From positions 212,784,001 through 212,848,000 of the forward strand of contig NC_086098.1 in NCBI RefSeq assembly GCF_963921235.1: a stretch of DNA of 64,000 nucleotides, given 5' to 3'. Position numbers and translations under genes: made by a program. The notes under the pieces were generated by a model. That model had not been told where the DNA came from. It did no database searches and saw only the letters and a list, made by a program, of their open reading frames with translations. This document shows positions 38,621 to 52,051 of this stretch, piece after piece; the first letter of the stretch is position 1; the number at the start of each line of letters is the position of its first letter. This DNA comes from Mobula hypostoma (lineage: Eukaryota).

Positions 38621-39404
38621 GGGTTAACAATCATTAGATCATTAGAGCATACTGGTCTGATGACTTGAAATGTTAAACCTTATTAGTAGAAATACTTAAC
38701 TGGTTCAAGTTAGCAGTTACCTGCCTGCATAAATGTTTTGATAGAAATGAGATATCATATTAAGGGGATGTGACAAAATCTTCCAAACTTTAGTGTGTGT
38801 TTATTGGCAGATTTGACTGGGCCACAGGTAAGCAGGGAATAGAGTGTAATGGAAAACCTGGCGGGGACTAAACATTCAATGATGCCTATGAGCCAATCAG
38901 CTCAACTTATTAGTTGGGGTATCTGCGGTTCTAGTGTAGCCGACATCTTAGCCAACAGTGAGATTTGACTTTTTTCCAAAGACCAACAGAGCAGAGTGAC
39001 ATAGTGGCTAAAGTGTTTTCAGTCTAAGAGGAATTAAAACAGAAATTAATGCACTTTGTTTTTTTTTATATATATAGGGGTATTGGTGATTCAGGATAAA
39101 TTAGTTTCTACTGAAATGTACTGATTAAACAACATTTACTCCACTAATGCTTTACAGTTCTGCAATCATCGTCAGAATTAAATAACCTGCTTACTCCTAC
39201 ATTATCCATTTGTCTAAGTATTGTAGGAGCCTACATCATGTTCCTACTCAATCTTCTTTGCCATGTAGATAAATGTTAGGTAATGCATTCTTGAAAAATG
39301 TGTACACAGTGAGTGATTACCCGTTAGAAAGTAGGAAAGTATTAGAGTAATCTCAAGATTGACAGTGGAACCATTATGCGTTAGTCCAGTATAAGCCTAT
39401 ATGT

Positions 39405-39962
39405 AACTATAACCATAAGACATAGGAACAGAATTGGGCCATTTAGCCCATGGAATCATGGTTAATTTATTTCCTTGTTAACCCCGTTCTTCTGTCTTCT
39501 CTTCATTATCTTTAAAACACTTATAATCAAAAACCTGTCAACCTCCACTTCAAATATATACAACAACTTGGCCTCCACAGTTGTCTGTGGCAATGAAATC
39601 CACAGAATCACCCTTTGGCTAAAGAAGTTCCTCTTCAACCCTGTTCTAAAAGGACATCCTTCTTTTCTGAGGCTGTGCCCTCTGACCCTAAACTCTCCCA
39701 CTATTGGAATTATGCTCTCTGCACCCACTGTATCTAGGCCTTTCAATATGCTGTAGGTTTCAGTAAGTTCCTCTCTCATTTTTTTAATCTCCAGCAAATA
39801 CAGACCCAGGGCTGTCAAATGCTCCTCATAGGTTAACTGTTTCAGTCCTGGGATCATTCTTGCAAACCTCCTCCAGACCCTGTTCAATAACAGCACATTG
39901 CTTCTTAAATATGGGGCACAAAACTGCTCAGAATATTCCAGGAGCAGTCTGACCAACACCAT
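39405..39962 (-). mobile_element. CR1 ORF2 C-terminal fragment
   Basis: ORF 39462-39962 LVRLLLEY..RRFARMIPGL..RGHSL..NFFSQRV. Confidence 0.9.
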
Positions 39963-42910
39963 TTAACATAAAGCAACACCATTTAATAGTATCTTTTATG
40001 GTCATAATGAAAATTGTATTCAGTTATACTTGAGTGGTGAAAGTACAGCACTCCATACAACTGTGATATTAGTGGGTTTGCTGTCCACAAAGTTTTGAAC
40101 TCAAATGAAGATCTTAGGCCTTATCCAATATAGATAGCTATGGATACCCTCACTATAGAGAAGTTATACTATAGCCATCCACTCTACAAAGACTAGATCA
40201 CTTCCCTGTTTAATCTCCATGGTGTTTAGCTGCCAATACTCACTATTTGAAGAGTAGACCCCCTCCCAAGGAAGAGACACTTCCAGCTAGCAAAGCAGTT
40301 TAAAAACAGTTCATTTCTTTTCAGTAATACATGTTTAAACTTAGATAATTTTTTAAATATATGTTCAAAACACACTGAGGATTTCCATCTTACAAAAGTT
40401 TTCTAAATCACAAATGATCTCTAAAGCACAAAGTATTTCCAAAACACAGGTACAATTCCTATAAGCTAAAAAGATATACCACTGATTGTAAACAAATGAG
40501 CCATCTGTCACAGAAAATGGAGGCAGAGGAATAGCTTCTAGTCAATTCTTATCATTCTATCATTCTTGTTATCGTTCCTGACTATTCCTACCAAACCTGA
40601 TTGCTCTCTAATACTTATACTTCTTTGCCACTTGGTGATGTAATCTGCCTGTGATATTTTTCAAAACCTTTCCTGTGAAATTCACACAGATGGTCTAAAG
40701 TCTTCTGAGGACATAGATCCCAGACACCCAAAATGTGGAGGGTGACTCTCTGCGTACACTAATCTCCCACCTATTGATAGCTATTTGATGTGCTAAGTAA
40801 TAGTATCAATCTGGTCTGCAAGCTTCCTTGAATTAAATAACTTAGCCAGACTTTTTCTGGCTTGATGCAGGCTCAGCTAGCATAATCCCATTGTTTTACA
40901 CTGCATCTCTTGAGCAGCCAGCCCCATGCTGTGCGCCAGTAGTTTGTGCCCTAGAAAGTGATGTTTGCTTGCAAAGCTGTCCTTTTAACTTCAGGTCGGT
41001 TATTGCATGCAATTTCCATTAAGAACTGGTTCTTGTTGATGTCAAGGAGCTATGCAAGGAATATTGCTTGAGAGTTTAATTTCCCTCTTGAAGAGTCAGC
41101 TGCTGTGTTAGAAAGCTGAGCTTGGCAAAAAGGCTCCTCGGGCCATGGACAATGAACATCCACCACACCACATGGTGTGGATGCTTGTCAGAGGCTAACT
41201 GAGTATATGAGGGAGAAGGGAATTTAAGTGTCTGCTGGTAAAGTTATATTAAAAAGGAACAGAGTTGATTCATGTTTAGCTCGAGCATCATCATAAACTG
41301 ACTGGGCCAAACGGCCCACTTCTCAGCTTTGTATTCCATGTCCTCGATGAACAATAATTATTTTCAACAATTTATACCTATATAACTCAGGACAGAATTC
41401 TCATTGTATTCAGAAGTGATCAAAGGGGGACTATGGAAGCAAGTATAAACCTCTGAGACATGACCACTTTGAGTGCCAAACAGCAGGAAAGATGGAATTA
41501 AAAAGAAGCTTCTCACTCAAGAGCATAACCTGCATATGAAATACCCGGGAAAGTCACTTCATCCAACGAAGAGAAAACCAAACAAAAAGAAGCCAAGAAA
41601 ATCATTATGGCTGGTGGTGAGTGCTGTTCAGTTAAATTTGACTTTGCCATTCAGTATTTTACTGCTTGTCCTAAATCCCTACTCATCATAGTATCAATGT
41701 GTTTGAAAGCATGTTGTTTTCTATTCACAACCTGCAAACAACAGCCGATTCTTGTCGCCCCAAACTCTAGCATTCTCCTTTGCATGCGACACGCCCACAG
41801 AGAAACTGATCACTAACAAAAGTGTCACAAATCATCAGGTACTCCTAATGAGGTAGCTGATGATTTTTGACACATAATGATGAATATATTAACTTACACA
41901 GCACTATCTCGCATGACAACCAATGTTTTATTTGTGAAATCTTTTCACAGACCTTTCAATTCCCCTCTTTTAAACTACTTATTCTGCAAGCAGTGCATGA
42001 TAATAGCATAGGTAACAGACTTAGATCCATAGCAGTCATGCTGGCTAGTTTGAAGCACTCAGTGAATAATAAGGTGGTTTACACTTGGAATTTAAAACCT
42101 GAAGAATGCTGGTTACAAATACACTTCTGAATTGCACATTTTTATGAGTAGTGTCCAAAACTGAACACCAAATAGAAAATGAAAAGGTGAATGGAGCATT
42201 CTGAATATTATCCATATTTACTACATGATACAAAAAAGGATGTTTTTTTTATGTCTATCTGCTATACATAGTTCAGTTCAAATTTTGTGCAAGGTTTTAT
42301 TAAAGGTGCTGTTGAACCAACACATTAGAATTGCATACAGGGGCCACTCTGAGCAACTTTATCAGCCAATTCCTATTTCCACGTCTGTAATACAAAAGCA
42401 AACCTGAAATAAAAACAGAAATGCTGGAAATACTTGGTCAACCTCTCCAGAGAAAGTAAAGTGTTGCTGCTGTGGTTAATGGCCACTCATCAAAATCTGG
42501 ATTAGTTCAAGGTAGAGCATGATAAATCCAGAGAGGATGGAAAATAAAGGTCAATGATAGGGACAGAGGGACTGAAGGGGGGGAAAGTACCAGATAACAA
42601 CATTTTAGATTACATGCAAATAGTTAATTTTGATGATCTGAAATTGTTAATTTCAATGCTGAGCCAGATGGCTAAAAAAAGATGAAGGATGAAGTGCTAT
42701 CCCCTGAAATGTTGAGTTCCTTGAATTGTTGTTCTATCCCTCACAGAATCACAAGATTGATTTTACCTTAAAATGAGTCACTCAAAATTCTGCTTCCTGT
42801 GTCCTCACCTCTTCATCCACTTCACATACTTACTGACAAATATCAACTCCCAGTTAAGCAGCACTTTGACTTTGAAATATTTCAACCATTGTTTACAATT
42901 CCCTGTATGG

Positions 42911-42984
42911 CAAGAGTTCCCAACCTTTTTTATGCCATGGACCATTAAACAAGGGGTCCATGGACCACAGGTTGGGAACCCCTG
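42911..42984. mobile_element. 74-bp hAT(Charlie)-type MITE
   Basis: CAAGAGTTCCCAACCT...AGGTTGGGAACCCCTG terminal inverted repeats; 8-bp flanks match only 5 of 8. Confidence 0.7.
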
Positions 42985-43479
42985 CTCTGTGATGTCACAT
43001 TACCTCTGGAGCTTCCAGCAGCCTTATACCCTTGCAAGCTGCCTGTTCATTTTACCTTTTAGCTTCATGATCATTCTTGAATTATTCATTCCATGAATTC
43101 TCATTCTAAAAATATTAACTTCTTTCATCAAATAACAGACCCCTGGAAACCTATCCATTCAAGCATCCCTTTCATCATGAAACCTAAGCTTAATTATTAA
43201 TCCAATATTAATTATTTTTAATAATGCACCCATGAAGCACTCTAGGACATTTTGCTATCCTAAGAATGTCATGGAAATGCAAACTGTTGTTGCTTAATAG
43301 CTGAGACAAGCTATCTATTAGGAAATAATAGGTACAAACCAAGACTTCATTAGCTCCTATAATTTGTTGTTAGCGTGACAGGTTCTGTTTAACCACACTC
43401 TTATTTGTAAAATAGCTGTGCAATTTTGGGTATTTTTCTCATTTATACCAAAAAAAACCCAAAATGAATTATAACTTAT

Positions 43480-43700
43480 AGAAGTTTTTCACACAATGGG
43501 TGGTGATTATCTGGAAGGGACTGCCTAAGGAAATGGTTCAGGCAGATATAATGATAATGTTTAAAAGACATTTGGATAAGTATTTAGTTAGGAAAGGAAT
43601 ACAAACCCAAAGCAGGCAAATGGGATTAGCATAGTTATGACTGGCATGGTTGATTTGGGACTAAAGTGCCATTTCTGCTATGCATACAGCTCTATGACTT
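43480..43700 (+). mobile_element. CR1 3' tail fragment
   Basis: TTTTTCACACAATGGGTGGTG..TTTAAAAGACATTTGGATAAG..CTCTATGACT. Confidence 0.75.
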
Positions 43701-44084
43701 CTTAGATGGTAATGAATGTTATTGACTTCTATGACTTTTGTAGATATTAACAATTAATCACTTGGATGCTACTGCAAATAACAAAGTGAAAAATCATAGA
43801 CTCATCAAGAAATAATTTTCTTTTAACAGTTTTGTTACGAGTAAAAGCATTAAGAGGAAAAAAATAAATGTTAGGTGCATCGCCAAGAATCAATTAATCA
43901 GAAAAGCTAGAAACGAGAGTAGGGGGAAAAAAAATCACTTGTGCCTACTTTTATGTATATATCCAGCCATGGAAGTTGGATCAGGAACTTTCTGTCAGGA
44001 CCCACCCTAACACGGGTGTCATTCTCTATTCCCTCCTTGTATTTCAATGTGTGTCATGACATTAGCAATGTGATTTAATATCAA

Positions 44085-44392
44085 GTCTAGGACCAAGACG
44101 ACACAGCCTCAGGATAGAGGGGCATTGATTTAGAACAGAAATGAGGAGGAATTTCTTTAGCCAGAGGGTGGTGAACCTGTGGAATTCATTCCCATGGACA
44201 GCTGTGGAGGCCTGGTTATTGAGTATACCTAAAGCAGAAACTGCTAGATTATTGATTAGTCAGGGCATCAGAGGTTAAGGGGAGAAGGCAGGAGAGTGGG
44301 GTTGAGAGAGATAATAAATCAGCCATGATAGAATGGCGGGACAGACTCAATGGGCTGATTGGCCTAATTCTGCTCCTATGTCTTACGGTCTA
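44085..44392 (+). mobile_element. CR1 3' end
   Basis: FRTEMRRNFFSQRVVNLWNS and tail CTAATTCTGCTCCTATGTCTTACGGTCT. Confidence 0.85.
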
Positions 44393-44414
44393 AAACATCA
44401 TGGTATATGACATC

Positions 44415-44810
44415 TCCTGCAGAGAGTGGTATGGACAGCCCAGCACATCTGTAAATGTGAACTTCCCACTATTCAGGACGTTTACAAAGACAGGTATATA
44501 AAAAGGGCCCAAAGGCTCAATGGGGACCCGAGCCACCCCAACCACAAACTGTTCCAGCTGCTACCATCTGGGGAACGGTACCACTGCATAAAAACCAGGA
44601 CCAACAGGCTCCCGGACAGCTTCTTCCACCAGGCCATCAGACTGATTAATTCATGCTGACACTACAGTATTTCTATGCTATATTGTTGTACATACTATTT
44701 ATTATAAATTACTATGAATTGCACATTGTACATTTAGATGGAGATGTAATGTAAAGATTTTTACTCCTCATGTATATGAAGGATGTAAGTAATAAAGTCA
44801 ATTCAATAAA
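44415..44810 (+). mobile_element. Rex1-like 3' end
   Basis: ORF 44426-44659 DPSHPNHKLFQLLPSG..RTNRLPDSFFHQAIRL; AATAAAGTCAATTCAAT tail. Confidence 0.85.
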
Positions 44811-45337
44811 CCAAACAGTACATCATGCAAAACACAGGTAACTTAACATCAATCAAAGGGTCCCCAAGTTTATTTTTACTAATCCTCACACTTTAAATTA
44901 CAAGTGCTATCCTTTTGCAGTCAAAGACAAGGGTCTACTGCGGTGTCAACTTAACTTGGCAAAAATGGGTGAACTCTAATTATGTATCATGGATGGATAA
45001 CCCTGGTAGGAGCCCATGGATGGGATAGTATAGTTCTATGTAATTTGCTGAAAATTCCAGGAACACTTGCAGAGTTGACAACCTGAATTTGAAAGAGGCT
45101 GATGAAACCTGATTCTAGTTTACTATTATTGTACATCTATAATTCAATCTCGCTTATGTGGTGATTACAAATCAAAGGTTGCCTGAAGTTATGAACATTT
45201 CCTGAATTACTGAACAAGCAGGTACTTGAACCTGCCCAGTTTAATGGTACAAAATAATGAAAAAGAATGAAAGATAGGACATTAGTTTTAACTTTGCAAT
45301 AACAGAGTACAATAAAATATTAGTTTTTTAAATACTA

Positions 45338-45507
45338 AACACAAGAGATTCTGCAGATGCTGGAAATCTTGAGCAACACACACAAAATACTGGAGGAACT
45401 CAGCAGGTCAGAAGGCATCTATGGAGAGGAATAAACAGGTCAACATTTCAGGCTGAGACCCTTCATCAGGACTAGAAAGATAGGGGGAAGAAGCTAAATT
45501 AAGAAGC
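45338..45507 (-). repeat. Penelope pseudo-LTR/SINE-like copy with hammerhead core at 45439-45473
   Basis: Reverse strand AGTC-CTGATGA-AGGGTCTCAGCCT-GAAA-TG-TT-GAC. Confidence 0.8.
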
Positions 45508-46399
45508 ATTTTTAAATTCTGCAGTTTCTATTAAATTTGCTATCGTTGCCATAATAATGGCAACAAACCCAAGGTTCTATATCCTAGAAAAAAGCAATCT
45601 TCCTGTCACTTGAAAAGAAAACATTCGGCTGTTTGGTTTGCTTTCTTGGAGTACTAAAATAATATCTGGTTTATTATAATTTTCAATAGTATATTAACTT
45701 AATTTAAAACAAAAGCTGTTCAAAAAAAAGGCCCAAGTACTTATCTAAGACATGGGGAAACATACGTGATAAATGTGTTCATGTGATTCATTGTGGAATA
45801 TGGTTTACTGATTTGCTGTTTGAGAAAGGAAAATAGCAGACTATGATTTAATAATGTTAATCACTTCAAAATATAGTGCATGTGATGGTTTATTTCTCTC
45901 TAATTTTTGCTCTCTATTCCCGTACTATATTTAAACTTTTTTATTAAGAGGGCTGGAATATAATCAGTGTTTCCAAAATCTCTTCTGTGTAGGTTCTGTA
46001 AGGAATGAGGCTATCATATCTCAGTATCTTCCTCTGTTTATCTTTCTTGTCTTCAAGAATGCATGAGTGTTTTTTTTCTAGGCGGCCTGGCAAAGGATGG
46101 GAACTTGCCCATGATAAAAGACATGTCTCAAGTAATGAATACTGAAAAATACATTAGGCCATGATATTCTGTCATCACATGCTACTTACAGGGACAAAAG
46201 CAATGAGTTTTGTACTTTCCCATTTCCTGCAACAGTTAATTGGTTGCTCGAGGTTCATGGATTTGCTATGTAGCTACAGAACCATGTTTAAACATTGAAG
46301 GGAAGCCTTTGCTATTGTGCGGGTTATTCTTTCAGTTTGAGCAGCATGAAAATAACGTAAGGGACACCGAACATATTTTACATTGTCCCGAGCAATGAG

Positions 46400-46790
46400 T
46401 ACAAAATGCTGGAAGAACTCAGCAAGTCAGGCAGCATCTATAGAAATAAATAAACAGTCGATGTTTTGGGCCAAGACCCTTCATCAGGACTGGAAAGGAA
46501 GAGGGAAGACGCCAGAATAAAGAGGTGCGGGGAGCAGAAGGAGGAGAACTAGATGGTGATAGGGAAGGTAAAGGGCAGGAGATGAAGGAATCTGACAGGA
46601 GAGGAAAGTGCACCAAGGGAGAAAGGAAAGAAGGAGAGGCGCTGGGGGAGATGATAGGGAGGTGAGGAGAAAAGATACGAAGCCAGAGTGGGGAATAGAA
46701 GAAGAGGGAAGGGAAAGGGATTTTTTTTTACTGGAAGGAGAAATTGATGTTCGTGCCATTAGGTTGGAGATTACCAAGATGGACATTACC
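46400..46790 (-). mobile_element. Penelope 3' end (ORF tail, pyrimidine tract, pseudo-LTR)
   Basis: Reverse-complement homolog of 15900-16320. Confidence 0.85.
46455..46492 (-). ncRNA. Minimal type-I hammerhead ribozyme motif (best copy; GAAA box mutated to AAAA)
   Basis: CAGTC-CTGATGA-A-GGGT(CTTG)GCCC-AAAA-CA-TC-GACTG: perfect 5-bp stem I and 4-bp stem II. Confidence 0.65.
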
Positions 46791-47954
46791 CTGTTACTAT
46801 TAAATAGAAAAGCAGCTTTTGTGGCATTAAAAAAATGTCTCCTACCACATTATGGATAGTTAGTTCCCATTTAGTATAATAACTGTTACCTCCATGCACT
46901 GGAGAATATCTGGAAAGCATACTTCCTCTGCAATCATCATGTCATCAATTAAAGCCCTAAACAATCCAATGATCCTTGCACTGTATGCTCCATTGTAGCA
47001 AAGTTTTTTTTCACTATGTTAAAACAGAGGCATTTTTAATTACACCATTTGATCATTACCTGAAATCTAACCAAGCCTATCTCAAAAACCCTGTTCTAAA
47101 TATTTATGGTGATGCTTTTCTTTTTAATTTTCCCTCTTCTTTCCAGAAGGCAAAGGGTCATTATTGATAGAGATTATAGACAGTAGATTATTTGGTACAT
47201 CACAAAAATAGTCACTCCTAATATGTGATGCTTGATGTTGAGTGTCGGCACAAGAATGGCAGCATAATAGCTGACCCAATTCCATTTTTGCCTCCTTCTA
47301 AAAACCAAATTCTATATTTTTTCCACTGTAATGCATTTCTTTCTTTCCATGAGTGAAGCAAGATAGCAACTATTATTGGGTCATTTTGCATCACTTCAAA
47401 ATTTGATTCTAAGGATAACTTGTTCTTACAAGCCTGCAAGTAAAGTGCTTGTCTACACCTTGGTCTCCCTTCCATGTTACAATTGTATTCCTAATCCACT
47501 ATCAATCATCAGGTGGCCATTCTGCCCCTGTCCCCAATCCTGCATGGTTGAATTTGAAGTCTGATGAAGTCCAAAAGTCACTTCTTCTTCTCATATTTAC
47601 CAATACAGCCTCCACTTTTGCCTTCATTTCCAACCAGATAACGATTAGGAACTGGAGATCTGACCTGCGTTACTTCACAGTGAATGACATGAATTCCAAA
47701 AGCAATGCCATCTCCTAGCTTGAACCTAGATCTTCCTAGATTCTGTTGTGGCTTATTTTGACATCTTCCTTAATGGGATACAGGAGTAGGAAAGCAGGAT
47801 GAATGATTAAAATAAAGGGGATCATTTACAGATTTGGGTCATTCCTGCAATGCCTCTTCATTGACCTGACCTTTCAAGTTGGGAAGCAAAACTCCCTGCA
47901 GGAAAGACTGTACTGGCTTAAAGATGCCGATATATTTTGATAATTTCATCAAAT

Positions 47955-48497
47955 ATTAGGAACCTCCTGTATCTAATAAAGTGGCCACTAAGTATATGTT
48001 TGTGGTCTTCTGCTGTTGTAGCCCATCCACTTCAAGGTTTGAGGTGTTGTGTGCTCAGACATACTCTTCTGCACACCGCTGTTGTAACACATGATTATTT
48101 GAGTTACTGTTGCCTTCTTGTTCTCTTGAACCAGTCTGGCTATTTTTCTGTGCCCTCTCTCTTTGACAGAGCGTTTTTGCCTACCGAACTGCTGTTCACC
48201 AGATGTCTCTTCATCACACCATTCTCTGTAAACTCTAGAGATTGTTGTATGTGAAAATCTCAGGAGATCAGCAGTTTCTGAGATACTCAAACGAGCCTAT
48301 CTGGCACCAACAATCATTACACGGTCAAAGTCACTTAACATCACATTTCTTCTCCATTCTAATGTTTGATCTGAACAACAAATGAATCACTTGACCATGT
48401 CTGCATTCTCTTATGCATTGAATTGCTGCCACATGATTGGTTGATTAGCATTAATGAACGTGTGTACAGATGCACTTAATAAAGCGGCCACTGATTG
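47955..48497 (-). mobile_element. Non-autonomous Tc1-like element retaining the transposase DNA-binding N-terminus, copy 1
   Basis: ORF 47988-48290 SISETADLLRFSHTTISRVYREW..ATVTQI..GYNSRRP; TIR TAATAAAG(C/T)GGCCACT. Confidence 0.85.
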
Positions 48498-49059
48498 TAC
48501 GTTGTAAATTTACTTTCTTATAGTATGATAAGGCAGAACACCATTCAGATCTCACTCAATGTGTTAGGTTTTCCATTCCTCATACCCCTTTCACCATCTT
48601 CTTCCTCCAACTGTGACTGTAAGCAGAGCTCCTATACACTACCGAGATGGGAAGCTGGGGACCTCCCAACTCCATTAAATTATTCCTAGCTGCTGGTAAC
48701 AGGTAGCAGTCTGCATTCTTTTGTTCAAATAAGTTCTTCCCTCCATATTCCAGGACTGCCAAGGGTTTTCCCTGGGTTCATCCACATCTCCTCCTGTTAA
48801 TAACATCGAGTACAGAGAACACAGAACATAGAAATTTACATAGAACACAGAACATGGAAAGTTGGCCGTGCAACTTTTGTATCTGCTTTAAACACTTCAT
48901 ATGATCTCCAGTCTTACTTTTCTTTGCACGTACTTGTGTATGTATCACATTTAGAGCTGATTTTCAAACATGGCACTGTTTCCTTAAACCCCCAATTCAG
49001 TCACAGCTACGTGGGCTTCTTCTTCCTGTTTACTCTTCTCTTTAATCAATTTTCTCCCA

Positions 49060-49450
49060 CAAGGACTGCACAAAAGCCAAGAAAAGGGCATACAAGGTAG
49101 CAAAAGTGAGTGGGAAGGTTTGAAAATCCAACAAAAGGCAACCGAAAAAAGCTATAAGAAGGGAAAAGATGAAATATGAGGGCAGACCAGCCAACAATAT
49201 AAAGCCGGATACCAAAAGTATTTTTTCATTTATATAAAGAGTAAAACGGAGGTGAGAGTTGATATTGGACTACTGGAAAATAATGATAGTGAGGTAGCAA
49301 CGGAGTAAAGAATTAGCAGATGAACCCAATGGATACTCTGTATCTGTCCCCACTGCTGAAGACACCAGCTGTGTGCAGGAGGTCCATGAGTGTCAGGGAG
49401 CAGGAGTGAGTGCCATTGCTGTTACAAGGAAAAAAGTGCTAGGCGAACTC
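49060..49450 (+). mobile_element. CR1 ORF2 pre-RT fragment
   Basis: IRREKMKYEG..ANNIK..TKS..YIKSK..DIGLLEN. Confidence 0.75.
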
Positions 49451-49862
49451 ATAGAACATAGAAATTTACAGCACATTACAGGCCCTTCGGCCCACAATGT
49501 TGTGCTGACCATGTAACCTGCTCTAGAAGCTGCCTAGAATTTCCCTAGTACATAGCCTTCTATTTTTCTAAGCTCCATGTACCTATCTAAGAGTCTCTTA
49601 AAAACCCTATTGCATCTCCCTCCACCACCGTTGCCGGCAGTGCATTCCACACACCTACCACTCTCCGTGTGGAAAACTTATCCTGACATCCCTCTCCGAA
49701 GCACCTAAAAACTATGCCCCCTCGTGCCAGCCTCTGGCTATCCACACGATCTACACCCCTCATCATCTTATACACCTCTATCAGGTCACCTCTCATCCGT
49801 CCTCGCACCAAGGAGAAAAGGCCAAGTTCACTCAACCTATTCTCATAAGGTACTCCCTCCAA
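49450..49862 (-). mobile_element. CR1 3' end
   Basis: ORF 49587-49862 RGDLIEVYKMM..RVVGVWNALP; (CATAGAA)n tail. Confidence 0.88.
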
Positions 49863-50779
49863 CTCAAATGACTACTTGAAATCAGTTCATCAGACTGGAC
49901 AATCAGAGCAATAAGTTATTTATTCAGCAAGATACCTGGTTACCCACTCTGATCAACCTGTGCACAATATATTTCAGAGCTCATTGATGATACTGCCAGG
50001 TCTCATTGGTGTGGCATGATTCTTTCTGATGATCACTTTACGTGTGAACTATGTAACTGGAAGGGCTCCCAATAGAAACTTCCACTCCTAACTGGACTCC
50101 TTGGAATGAAAGTATATAACATAGGCAATGGAGATTCTGGGTTAATCTTCAATCTAAGTTAAATGATGTGATTTCCGATGAATGATAATTTAGTTACTAC
50201 ATATGGGGAGAAAACTCAAGGCTTTAGCTACTGTCTGTTTTCAGGAACTGTTCCCTGATGTGTTTGCTGGCATGCTTTATATAATGGCAGGATTCATCCT
50301 TGCTGTGATAGTTCCAATGTGTTTCATGCTCACTGTATTCCAAGAGAATACAATTTAGGTGAAGTACCGTAAGCAGCTGAGACCTAGGAATTTTGCATCC
50401 AGCATGAGGCAATATTCCCTGTGGTCTCTGGCAGAATCCTGCAGGTCTGCTTGAAATAATCTTCACAGGAGAGGAAAATCAGAGCTCTTGATCACTCTGA
50501 CATGTCTTTTATCACGCAGTGCTCTAAAATAGGCCATTTTGTAATTGAGGTAAATTAATTGTATATTGCTTGTGCTGATGGATTTGTAGTTCCTCCCTTT
50601 GGTTCTCTCACTCCTTCTAATTGCAACCAGACCATCCATCTCCTTCCTTCAAGACTGTAGCTGAATGCTTCACCAATTACAGTGATGGAGATTTGGGAAT
50701 ATAACCATACTCTTTGTTTCCCCAGAGGATCACTACCCTCAGTATGAACAAATTCTACTGTATCTCAGTTTTACTCACT

Positions 50780-51650
50780 AACCTGAAACTGTAGCTCTTC
50801 GTCCTGCTATAGCAGCACCCCCCCACCCCCCATCCTGTCCAGTTAATGGAAATGATCACCCTGCACCAAGACTGACAAGTTCTGTCAGAGTTTTTCATGC
50901 TTCAATTAGGTCACTTATTCTTCTAAATTCTAATAAATATAAGCCTAATCAACTCAGTCTCTCCTCATACACAGTCAATGAATTAATCCACTGAACCTCT
51001 TCTGTACAGCCTCTGGCAAATATATTCTTTTGTAAGTAAGGTGACCAAACTACACGCTACTCCAGATGTGGCATCACAAAGGCCCTGTACATCTGTAGTA
51101 AACCATCCTTGCTCTTGTACTCCAAATTTCTTGGAATAAAGGTAAACAAACTGTTTGTCCTCTTAACTGTTTGTTGTAACAGTATCCTTGCTTTAAGTGA
51201 TTGATGAACAATGATAATCTGATCTATTTTCAACTTTTCATTTTCCTATCTATCACCATTTACATTATTCTTTTTGCTTTCTTACTGAAGTGGGCAACTT
51301 TACATTTATCCAAATTTTGGCCCACACACTTAACTCTAAATTGATTTGAAACCTTTCTGCATTCACTCCACAACCCACAAACCTATTCGACCATCCATAC
51401 TCACTACACCACACCACACCATATCATTAGCACAACAGAAATACTGCTTTCAGCTTCCTCATCCAAATTGCTGATGTATATTGTTAATCACTAGGGGATG
51501 GGCTCTGTTATAAACCACTGACCCTCATTGTCCCATTGCCTGGAAAAATACCTATATATTCCAACTCTGTTTCTTGTCTGTCACAGAATTTTCAAGCCAT
51601 TACACCCAATCCCAAATGCTTTGATTTGCCACACTTTTCACTTATGTGGT
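50780..51650 (-). mobile_element. Old CR1 fragment
   Basis: Colinear with 900-1680 (GACCAAACTACACGCTACTCCAGATGTGG, CATCCAAATTGCTGATGTATATTGT). Confidence 0.75.
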
Positions 51651-51654
51651 AAAT

Positions 51655-52051
51655 TCCTACATGTACACACTTAGTCCGGCAGTCGTGGAGCATACGGATC
51701 CTTTCTTTGTAGAAATGGTCCACAGCAAGGGTGATTGATAATTTTGTGGCCTAAGGTAGAAGGAGATGAGTTATACAGCTCTTGTTACATGCACGTGCAG
51801 TTCAACTCTTTGAGTGGAAATGCAGAAAGTTTGAAGTTAATAACTCATTTCCTTCTACCTTAGGCCACGAACTTATCAATCACCCCCGCTGTGGACCACT
51901 TTCTGGAGGTCCAAGACACCGACTTCTACAAAGAAGGGATCCGTATGCTCCACGACCTCTGGACTAAGTGTGTAAATGTAGGAAAAATAAATGCGCTAGG
52001 TCTTCTAAAATTGACTCGTTCTAAGTTCACAAACTTATCAATCACCCCTTG
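51655..52051. mobile_element. Mariner-derived element, same family as 13224-13663, rearranged
   Basis: GGGTGATTGATAA..TGGCCTAAGGTAGAAGGAGATGAG; FYKEGIRMLHDLWTKCVNVG; ends AACTTATCAATCACCCCTTG-TA. Confidence 0.85.

Noticed and set aside
46082-46131. Exon candidate after TTTTTTTCTAG with an upstream TGCATG
   Set aside because: Weak donor (GTAATG) and no recognisable peptide in any frame
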